Shown: positions 49,718-56,982 of the stretch, in pieces
How the letters are laid out: each line of letters begins with the position of its first letter
Position numbering within the stretch: position 1 is the first letter of the stretch
Assembly (NCBI GenBank): GCA_965198175.1
Contig: OZ240245.1
Span: 3,072,001 to 3,136,000 of the forward strand
Source: Candidatus Poribacteria bacterium
Lineage (GTDB): Bacteria; Poribacteria; WGA-4E; PCPOR2b
DNA: 64,000 nt
Reading direction: 5' to 3'
Notes under the pieces: generated by a model
The model's input: only the letters and a program-made list of their open reading frames with translations
What the model was told of the DNA's origin: nothing
Database searches by the model: none
Made by a program: the position numbers and the translations under genes

Positions 49718-51292
49718 TTGCTAATGCAGAACATTGCTCACAAAATCTTATGGGTCGATGATGAAATTGATGCCCTGAAACCCCACATCCTTTTTCTGAG
49801 CGAAAAATCTTACGATGTAACCTCTGTTTCCAATGGGGATGATGCGATTTCGCTCCTCAGCAATCACCGGTACGATGTAGTTTTGCTTGACCAGATGATG
49901 CCCGGACAGGATGGTCTAACGGCGTTGGATCGCATCCGCGAGATTGATCCGGCCTTGCCTGTCGTTATGCTAACGCAATGTCATGACGATCAGGTTGTGA
50001 ATGAAGCGTTGGGGAAACGGATTAGCGACTTCTTGGTGAAACCAATTGGCGCGGCACAAGTCGCTTTGACATTGAAGCGCGTACTCGATCAAACAAAGAT
50101 TGCTGAGAGACAAGTACCACGCAGCTATACTCACGATTTCGATCATATCCGACACATTAAAGAATCTGACCCAGATTGGCGTAAGTGGATCGAGATCTAT
50201 CTGAAATTGGTCGAATGGGATTTCGAATTCGATCAATTGGGACAAACAGGCCTCGAAGAAACCCACTTGGAGCTGAAAAAAGAGTGTAACGCTTCATTTT
50301 CCGACTATGTTGCGAAAAACTATACTCGCTGGTTAAAGGGGGAAAACTCCCCGATTTTATCTGTGGATGTGTTAGATAAATTTGTCATCCCGCATCTACG
50401 CGAAAATCGACCAACCTATTTTATTGTTGTTGATTGTCTCAGGCTCGATCTCTGGATGGCAATCGAGCCGCTGATTCGGCCCTATTTTTATACCGATCGG
50501 GATTATTACTATTCCATCTTACCTAGTGCAACGCTCTACTCTCGCAATGCACTTTTTAGCGGTTTATTCCCCCAAGAGATTGCAAAGAAATTTCCTCAGT
50601 ATTGGCAGGAAAACTCTGAGGATGAAACCAGTACGAATCGGTATGAAAAGCAGCTTCTTCAACAGAAATTGCGGAGAGCTGGGCTGAATGTTAAACCGGG
50701 AATAAGGTATTTTAAGATTTTCGATGCCAAGGGAGGCAACGAGTTTATACGTCAAGTTTCGTCTTTCGACCGAATCAGTTTATCTGCTCTGGTCGTCAAC
50801 TTCATTGATATTTTAACCCATCAACGTTCGCAGTCAAATGTGCTTCAGCAGATCGCTCCGGATGAGTCTGCGTTTCGTTCTCTTGCAAAATCGTGGTTTG
50901 CCCATTCCGCGCTCTTTGAGATTTTGAAGATTATTGCAACCCGGGATGCAACCGTTATTTTAACATCAGATCACGGTTCCGTTCTTTGCAATCGACCTAC
51001 TAAAGCGCTCGGAAATCGCGAAACGTCCACAAGCCTTCGTTTCAAAGTCGGTACGAATCTCGGATGCAATAGAGATCAAGCTATTTATATTGATCATCCG
51101 AATGAATATAGATTACCCGCTGAGGGTTCAAGCAAAAACTATATTATAACGAAGGAAGACTACTATTTTGTCTACCCAAATCAGTATCATGAATATACAC
51201 GACAGTTTCGCGGTGGTTTCCAGCACGGAGGGATTTCGACCGGTGAGTTGATCATTCCGGTAATCACAATGACGCCGCGCGAAGGGACTTAA
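49718..51292 (+). CDS. porX: PorX-type response regulator (REC + PglZ alkaline-phosphatase domain)
   Basis: ILWVDDEIDALKPHILFL, LLDQMMPG, VVDCLRLD, YSILPSATLYSRNALFSG, NFIDILTH, TSDHG, FQHGGIS. Confidence 0.88.
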   Translation: MLMQNIAHKILWVDDEIDALKPHILFLSEKSYDVTSVSNGDDAISLLSNHRYDVVLLDQMMPGQDGLTALDRIREIDPALPVVMLTQCHDDQVVNEALGKRISDFLVKPIGAAQVALTLKRVLDQTKIAERQVPRSYTHDFDHIRHIKESDPDWRKWIEIYLKLVEWDFEFDQLGQTGLEETHLELKKECNASFSDYVAKNYTRWLKGENSPILSVDVLDKFVIPHLRENRPTYFIVVDCLRLDLWMAIEPLIRPYFYTDRDYYYSILPSATLYSRNALFSGLFPQEIAKKFPQYWQENSEDETSTNRYEKQLLQQKLRRAGLNVKPGIRYFKIFDAKGGNEFIRQVSSFDRISLSALVVNFIDILTHQRSQSNVLQQIAPDESAFRSLAKSWFAHSALFEILKIIATRDATVILTSDHGSVLCNRPTKALGNRETSTSLRFKVGTNLGCNRDQAIYIDHPNEYRLPAEGSSKNYIITKEDYYFVYPNQYHEYTRQFRGGFQHGGISTGELIIPVITMTPREGT

Positions 51293-51601
51293 TGGGTATT
51301 GAGCGAGTGGTGTCACGCGAACACAAGCGGTCGACAACCTCTCATTCAATGAAAAATTCAATGTCACCGTCGTATCAATATCCTCACGCATTGGTTTTAG
51401 AACGTTGAATCCGGTTGCGGATTCTGAAAGCGCGATGTTATCGAGTTTCAGTGGAACAAGTTGTCGCGAGTAAAACAGCGTCACCCATTGCTGGCGTTTG
51501 GTCTACTGACGTTCAGAATCAGTGTCAGATCGACAGTCGTAAAAGCGGGATATTGACTTTGATAGAAAGACAGGATGGAATTGTATAAGGAGAATTTTAC
51601 A

Positions 51602-51690
51602 GCGCGTCGTTGAGCAGGGGAATCTAAGATTCAGGGTTTACCTGAGTCGAAGATTCCGTCCCGCAGGGTAAACCGCTGCCGATGTTCGCG
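51602..51690 (+). ncRNA. Candidate structured RNA (three-way junction, kissing loops) upstream of rng
   Basis: Stems GGAATCT/AGATTCC, GATTCAGG/CCTGAGTC, GCAG/CTGC and CGTCG/CGATG; apical GGTTTACC is the exact complement of GGTAAACC. Confidence 0.45.
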
Positions 51691-51906
51691 TTCAGGTCTC
51701 TGTTATGGGAAGATTATTCTTGGACAAATTCTAAACTTGATGTTAGGCTCGTTGCCTCCATAATTCAATAACTTAACAACCTCCTAGTACATTGTCAAAT
51801 TGAACATAAAGGGCGGTAATTTCAGCCGCTTTTTCGCCGCCACTCACAGCGGAAGTTGTCACGATGGCGTCGCAAGGCATAACTGACAGTGCATTAGCGA
51901 CTAAGA

Positions 51907-53466
51907 ATGGAGGCGACAATGCAAAAAGAGATTTTAATTTCTGACGATGAATATGAGTCCAGATGCGCTATCGTAGAAGATGGTGTTCTTACCGAGATTG
52001 AAATTGAACGCAAGGACGATGAACAGGCTTTAGGAAATGTCTACAAAGGACGTGTTGAAAACGTCCTCCCGGGTATGCAAATTGCCTTCGTTGATGTCGG
52101 ATTGGATCGCCACGCATTCCTCCATGCCTCGGATATTCACTTCGATTTCGAGGCGGAGGATATAGAAAAGGATTCGACGAAGGACGGTCTTGACTCAAAA
52201 GCTATAGATTCGCCAAGGGGTGGTAGAGGCAGTTTCTATTCGATAAGCAATCTGCTGCGCAAGAACCAAGAAATCCTCGTCCAAGTCGCTAAAGAACCCA
52301 TTGGAACAAAAGGTCCGCGTGTCACAGCCTGCGTTACCCTGCCGGGTAGATTCATCGTTTATTTGTCCACTTCGTCAAGCATCGGCGTTTCCCGGCGGAT
52401 TGAAGCTGCGGAAGAAAGGCAGCGTCTCAAAGATATTGCCCAATCGTTGCGTTCCGATGTTGAGGGTGGATTTATTATTCGCACCGCCGCAGAAGGTGCG
52501 TCCGAAACGGAACTTGCGGCGGAAATTCGATACTTGATTAACCAATGGAAGGGAATCTGTGAACGGGCTGAAAAAATGTCTGCTCCTCGGTTGGTACATC
52601 AAGATCTCGGTTTCACCGCTAGAATGATTCGCGACTATTTGACGAACGAGGTCACCCAACTCTTCATTGATTCCAAAGATAAATACCGGGAAACCCTCAA
52701 TTACCTCTCCTCCGCTTTGCCAGAACTTCGATCACGAGTCAAACTCTACGATAAACCCAACCCCATCTTTGAAGCCTATGGTATTGAAAAAGAACTCAAG
52801 AAGGCGTTAACTGAAAAGATCTGGCTGAAATGTGGTGGACATATCATCATCCAACAAACGGAGGCGATGTTTTCCATTGATGTCAATACGGGAAAATTCG
52901 TTGGCAAAGGCGATCCGGATGACACCATTTTGAGCGCCAACCTTGAAGCAGTTGAGGAGGTGGTTCGGCAAATCCGACTCAGAGACATTGGCGGGATTAT
53001 TGTTATCGATTTTATTGATATGGACCAGTCCGAGCACCGAAAGATGGTATATAAGCTGTTGCAGCAGGCATTAAAAAAAGATCGCGCCCGAACGAATATC
53101 CTCCACTTTTCTGAAATCGGCCTCGTGGAAATGACTCGACAGAGAACCCGACCTAGCCTGCCAACTTTGCTCACTGAACCGTGCCCCTACTGCGAAGGAC
53201 ACGGCACAGTGCTTTCGGTGGACACGGTAACAATCGGCTTACTTCGAACAGTAAAAAAAGCCCATCAAAAATCACGAAAAAGAAGGTTGGAAATCATCGC
53301 GAATGAGCTGATTGTGTCGCACCTTAGCAATGAGGAAGCGGATAAGGTTCGTCAACTTGAAGAATCGATGAAAATAACCATTCGGTTTAAGGGGGATCCA
53401 GATATGCACCTCGAAGATTATCGGATTTTCGCCCAAGACACAAATCGTGAAATCTATGTAGATTAA
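51907..53466 (+). CDS. rng: Ribonuclease E/G family (RNase G-sized)
   Basis: S1 domain GNVYKGRVENVLPGMQIAFVD, KEPIGTKGPR, IDVNTG, RDIGGIIVIDFIDM, EMTRQR, CPYCEG; probable start is the ATG at 51919. Confidence 0.95.
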   Translation: MEATMQKEILISDDEYESRCAIVEDGVLTEIEIERKDDEQALGNVYKGRVENVLPGMQIAFVDVGLDRHAFLHASDIHFDFEAEDIEKDSTKDGLDSKAIDSPRGGRGSFYSISNLLRKNQEILVQVAKEPIGTKGPRVTACVTLPGRFIVYLSTSSSIGVSRRIEAAEERQRLKDIAQSLRSDVEGGFIIRTAAEGASETELAAEIRYLINQWKGICERAEKMSAPRLVHQDLGFTARMIRDYLTNEVTQLFIDSKDKYRETLNYLSSALPELRSRVKLYDKPNPIFEAYGIEKELKKALTEKIWLKCGGHIIIQQTEAMFSIDVNTGKFVGKGDPDDTILSANLEAVEEVVRQIRLRDIGGIIVIDFIDMDQSEHRKMVYKLLQQALKKDRARTNILHFSEIGLVEMTRQRTRPSLPTLLTEPCPYCEGHGTVLSVDTVTIGLLRTVKKAHQKSRKRRLEIIANELIVSHLSNEEADKVRQLEESMKITIRFKGDPDMHLEDYRIFAQDTNREIYVD

Positions 53467-53469
53467 ACA

Positions 53470-53499
53470 TTGACAGAAGCAGAAGTGGTTTGATATACT
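53470..53499 (+). promoter_or_regulatory. Sigma70 promoter for rplU-rpmA
   Basis: TTGACA-18 bp-TATACT with extended TG. Confidence 0.7.
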
Positions 53500-53572
53500 T
53501 CCTGATCGTGCTTACCCGTTCAGCTGTATTTGGGGACACGTATCCAGACCGTTTATTTTCAAGGAGAGAAAG

Positions 53573-53923
53573 ATGTACGCAGTATTTGCCACCGGTGGAA
53601 AACAACATCGCGTTCAGGTGGGGACATTGATCGATGTGGAAAAGCTTGAAGCCCCTGTAGGTGAGCTCGTTACGTTTCCAGAAGTCCTAGCGATCGGAGA
53701 TGGCGAAGGCGATACGCAATTTGGCGCGCCCTACCTCGAAAATGCCGCCGTGATCGGAGAGGTTGTCGTTCAGGGTAAAGCGAAGAAGATTGTTGTTTTC
53801 AAATCCAAAAGGCGCCAAGGTTACAAACGTAAACTCGGACACCGCCAAACATTTACTCGATTACGAATCACTGAAATCCAACAAGAACATACACCCGAGG
53901 AGGTAGAAGAAGATGGCGCATAA
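53573..53923 (+). CDS. rplU: 50S ribosomal protein L21
   Basis: [14 protein letters not shown]...GAPYL...[16 protein letters not shown]. Confidence 0.98.
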   Translation: MYAVFATGGKQHRVQVGTLIDVEKLEAPVGELVTFPEVLAIGDGEGDTQFGAPYLENAAVIGEVVVQGKAKKIVVFKSKRRQGYKRKLGHRQTFTRLRITEIQQEHTPEEVEEDGA

Positions 53924-54179
53924 AAAAGGCGGCGGCAGCACAGGTAATGGGCGAGATAGCTGCGGTAAACGACTTGGCGTGAAGCGGTTTGCTGGGAACC
54001 GCGTCGCAGCGGGCAGTATCCTCGTTCGCCAGCGTGGAACGCACCTGCACCCAGGCAACAACGTCGGGCTTGGCCGCGATTACACGCTCTTCTCGAAGAT
54101 TGATGGTTATGTCTGGTTTGAGCGGAAAGATAAGTACCGCAGAAAAGTCAGCGTATACCCAGAACGCCCAGATTTCTAG
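53913..54179 (+). CDS. rpmA: 50S ribosomal protein L27
   Basis: [16 protein letters not shown]...RLGVK...ILVRQRGT. Confidence 0.98.
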   Translation: MAHKKGGGSTGNGRDSCGKRLGVKRFAGNRVAAGSILVRQRGTHLHPGNNVGLGRDYTLFSKIDGYVWFERKDKYRRKVSVYPERPDF

Positions 54180-54210
54180 CAGCATGTTCCAATCGGATCG
54201 CTCCAAACTC

Positions 54211-54241
54211 AAAGCCTCGTCATTAAAGCGGGGCTTTTTTT
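54211..54241 (+). terminator. Rho-independent terminator
   Basis: AAAGCCTCG-loop-CGGGGCTTT followed by a T run, after rpmA. Confidence 0.8.
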
Positions 54242-54255
54242 GTATTTTCACAGTA

Positions 54256-54451
54256 ACATGCCGCTCCACTGGAGCGAAACCCCCTTCTAACCGTATTACG
54301 CCTATATAGGCAACAATGTCTTACACTCCAGCGGAGTGATCAACTGACCGATTAGGGAAGGCGACAGTTTTAATCACTAGCGAAGACCATCGCAATCCCT
54401 AGTCGGTCGCTTGATTATGCCCGAATCGCCCACTCCAGCGGAGCGGTATGT
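54256..54451. repeat. Nested REP-like palindromic array
   Basis: ACATGCCGCTCCACTGGAGCG (54256) is inverted relative to CACTCCAGCGGAGCGGTATGT (54431); a third core lies at 54324; inner 20-bp inverted repeat at 54339-54416 (17/20). Confidence 0.75.
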
Positions 54452-54506
54452 GGATATTTGCGATAAATCGCTGTTTCTAGGAAAGCATGTTACGCTCTCA
54501 TTGAGA

Positions 54507-54608
54507 TGTGGGTAATAGAAAGCTCGCTTAGGGGGAGCTAGAGGGGGGCAGGTGGTTTCACCCGGTCAAAATCCGGCAACAGGCCCAAATGTGGCAAGCT
54601 AGACCAAG
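54507..54608 (+). repeat. ~103-bp dispersed repeat, copy 1
   Basis: About 78% identical by manual alignment to 55683-55785; TGTGGGTAATAG...GGGGGAGCTAGAGGGGG...AAATGTG...GACCAAG. Confidence 0.9.
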
Positions 54609-54613
54609 GGGAT

Positions 54614-55021
54614 GTGGAAGAGATGAGCGTAATTGCTGCGGAAATTCAGGAACATTGGCGAATTGTGCGTCCGCTTTTTTCCATTCGCAATGAAAACGAA
54701 TATGATCTGGCAGTGGAGCGGCTTAACGCACTAATTGATGAAATTGGTGATAGGGAACAGCATCCCTTATATGAACTACTTGACACATTAGGTGCGGTCA
54801 TACACACTTATGAGGAGAAACACCATCCAATGCCGGAGTGCTGCGGTGTTGAGACGCTTCAGTTCTTGATGGAAGAACATCAACTTGCACCGTCAGATCT
54901 TCCAGAGATAGGTACTCCTGAGACTGTGTCAGAGATTCTCAGCGGCAAGCGTGAGCTTACAGTCAAACACCTGCAAGCCTTAGCTGCAAGATTTCATGTA
55001 TCGCCAACGGTGTTCGTGTGA
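54614..55021 (+). CDS. higA: HigA-type HTH antitoxin (orphan)
   Basis: IRNENEYDLAVERLNALID, LQFLMEEHQL, VSEILSGKRELT...LAARFHVSP; probable start is the ATG at 54623. Confidence 0.88.
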   Translation: MEEMSVIAAEIQEHWRIVRPLFSIRNENEYDLAVERLNALIDEIGDREQHPLYELLDTLGAVIHTYEEKHHPMPECCGVETLQFLMEEHQLAPSDLPEIGTPETVSEILSGKRELTVKHLQALAARFHVSPTVFV

Positions 55022-55121
55022 TTCCGTAACTCATCTGTGTAGGTAATGGCGCTCACCAGCGCGACAGGCAAGCCGTTAGGCAGAGTGTGGGAATCGTCCG
55101 GACTTCGAGTTGACTCGTATC

Positions 55122-55310
55122 ATGAAGGTTAGGGACCTTTTTAGGTTGATTGAAAAAGATGGCTGGTATTTGATTCGGACTCGAGGCAGTCACCGGCAGT
55201 TCCGGCATCCAACCAAATCAGACACTGTTACCGTTGCCGGAAAGTTAGGATTGGATGTGCCAGCCGGTACGCTCAACAGCGCTCTCAAGGAAGCCGGTCT
55301 CAAAGATTGA
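55122..55310 (+). CDS. hicA: HicA toxin
   Basis: DGWYLIRTRGSHRQFRHP, GTLNSALKEAGL. Confidence 0.93.
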   Translation: MKVRDLFRLIEKDGWYLIRTRGSHRQFRHPTKSDTVTVAGKLGLDVPAGTLNSALKEAGLKD

Positions 55311-55323
55311 CTTGGAGGAAGCC

Positions 55324-55539
55324 ATGCAATACCTCGTTATTTTTGAAAAAGGTGCGAGTAGTTACGGCGCCTATGTGCCAGACCTACCTGGCTGTGTAGC
55401 AATAGGCGAGACGATGGAGGAAGCGAGCGGATTAATTGCCGAAGCGATTCAACTTCACATCGAAGGTCTGCTCAAAGATGGTCTTGTGGTTCCGTTGCCA
55501 ACGTCAACAGTAGCGTTTATTGATGTTGCCACTAACTAA
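55324..55539 (+). CDS. hicB: HicB antitoxin
   Basis: RBS GGAGG; YGAYVPDLPGCVAIGETMEEA...EAIQLHIEG. Confidence 0.93.
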   Translation: MQYLVIFEKGASSYGAYVPDLPGCVAIGETMEEASGLIAEAIQLHIEGLLKDGLVVPLPTSTVAFIDVATN

Positions 55540-55564
55540 CCACCCGTCGCTTGTAAACAGCCAT

Positions 55565-55620
55565 AATCACCACACAGCAATTGCAATCGTGGTTCTCAAC
55601 CGAGTGGTTCGTCCTTTCAC
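55565..55620 (+). pseudogene. Internally deleted relic of a paralog of the TIR-partner gene
   Basis: Fuses near-copies of 56581-56599 and 56712-56751. Confidence 0.8.
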
Positions 55621-55682
55621 ACAACGTCGAAATGAACGATAGTTCTTAGCCCCAACATAGATGATGACTACCTCCGGAGACT

Positions 55683-55785
55683 TGTGGGTAATAGTAAGCC
55701 TTGCTAAGGGGGAGCTAGAGGGGGTCGGGGCTTTGCACCCGCGCTGAATCCAGCTACTGGTCTAAATGTGACGATCTGGACCAAG
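55683..55785 (+). repeat. ~103-bp dispersed repeat, copy 2
   Basis: Matches 54507-54608. Confidence 0.9.
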
Positions 55786-55901
55786 CGAATAATAACGTCA
55801 GTGTCTACCATTTCTTCGACTAATACACTTTATTGCATTTTTAAGTTAAAGAATTCGGAAATTGAACCTTGTCGTTTTGTTTTTAATGAGGAGGTTTTCA
55901 T

Positions 55902-56447
55902 ATGAGTGATCGTCATAAGGTGTTTGTCAGTTATCATCATGATAACGATCAAATGTACAGGGAGATATTTGAAGGATGGTTTTCGGATGTGTATGACATA
56001 ATGGTGTCAAAATCTGTAGAAATTGGAGATATCAATCCAAATCTCAAGACAGACACTATTCGTCAAAAAATCCGGGACGAGTTTTTGCGCGATTCAACCG
56101 TGACAGTCGTTTTGATTGGTGCGGAAACTTGGAAAAGAAAGCATGTGGATTGGGAAATCGGGGCAAGCATACGCGACACAAAGTTGAATCCGCGTTCTGG
56201 TCTTATTGGCGTTTTCTTACCCACACATCCCGATTACGGTAGAGACAAATACAAACCCCACATTATACCTCCACGTCTTCATTATAATGTTAAATGTGGA
56301 TTCGCAAAGCTCTATGATTGGAGCAACAGCCCCAATAGGGTACAGTCGTGGATACATGAAGCCTTCAAGCAGAGAGACAAAATTAATCCCGACAATTCCT
56401 ATGACTCGTTTGTAAATAACCGCTCCGGTGAAAGGTGGTACGAATGA
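55902..56447 (+). CDS. ThsB-like TIR-domain protein (DUF1863/MTH538 type)
   Basis: HKVFVSYHH, DSTVTVVLIGAETWKRKHVDWEIGAS with the catalytic Glu position intact; RBS GAGGAGG. Confidence 0.9.
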   Translation: MSDRHKVFVSYHHDNDQMYREIFEGWFSDVYDIMVSKSVEIGDINPNLKTDTIRQKIRDEFLRDSTVTVVLIGAETWKRKHVDWEIGASIRDTKLNPRSGLIGVFLPTHPDYGRDKYKPHIIPPRLHYNVKCGFAKLYDWSNSPNRVQSWIHEAFKQRDKINPDNSYDSFVNNRSGERWYE

Positions 56448-56920
56448 AATTCTCGAAGCACCTTAAAAAATGGAAGATGACGAGCTTGAAGTTCACACCG
56501 CCCTTTCTACAAATGGAGTGGGCTCCAAAAGCCGCCGATAAAGATGCCGCATGGGCGCTGTACATTGAATTGCTTACAAGAATCACCACACAACCATTGC
56601 CTTCCGAGCACGGTGATGAGAAAACAGCATTGGATAGTGTTTATTCACTCTTTGCAATCACGAGGGCAGTAATCAAAGAACACGGACGGGATTGCATCAA
56701 TTTCACAAAAGTTGCAATCGTCGTTCTCAACCAAGTGGTTCGTCCTTTCACTGCGAAATGGCATCGGAAGTGCTTGGAGAGTGCTTTTGAGCAGGATTCC
56801 GAACGGACGGTTTTCCGCGAAGAGCTCGCGTCGCTTCAAGTGGAACTACGCAAATATTCTCGAATGCTGGCAGACATTGCTGAAGTCGAAGATTTAACCG
56901 ACCTAGAGGCGACAGAATAA
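56444..56920 (+). CDS. Uncharacterised helical protein coupled to the TIR gene
   Basis: ATGA overlap with the TIR stop; AWALYIELLTRITTQPL...LNQVVRPFTAKWH. Confidence 0.85.
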   Translation: MKFSKHLKKWKMTSLKFTPPFLQMEWAPKAADKDAAWALYIELLTRITTQPLPSEHGDEKTALDSVYSLFAITRAVIKEHGRDCINFTKVAIVVLNQVVRPFTAKWHRKCLESAFEQDSERTVFREELASLQVELRKYSRMLADIAEVEDLTDLEATE

Positions 56921-56982
56921 CGACTGACGGAACATGAGAAGCCCGAAGACTTTAATCGCTTCGGATAGGGTAAAAATTACCG

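Noticed and set aside
51292..51408. 38-codon ORF coupled to the porX stop (TAATG)
   Set aside because: No recognisable similarity (not TsaE); too short to support.
51602..51690. Identification as RNase P, cobalamin, purine or lysine riboswitch
   Set aside because: GGTAAACC and GTCCCGCAG are short resemblances only; the defining cores (such as RNase P GAAAGTCC and the cobalamin T-loop) are absent.
55741..55751. GCTGAATCC as a c-di-AMP riboswitch
   Set aside because: Not conserved in the other repeat copy and the remaining ydaO motifs are missing.
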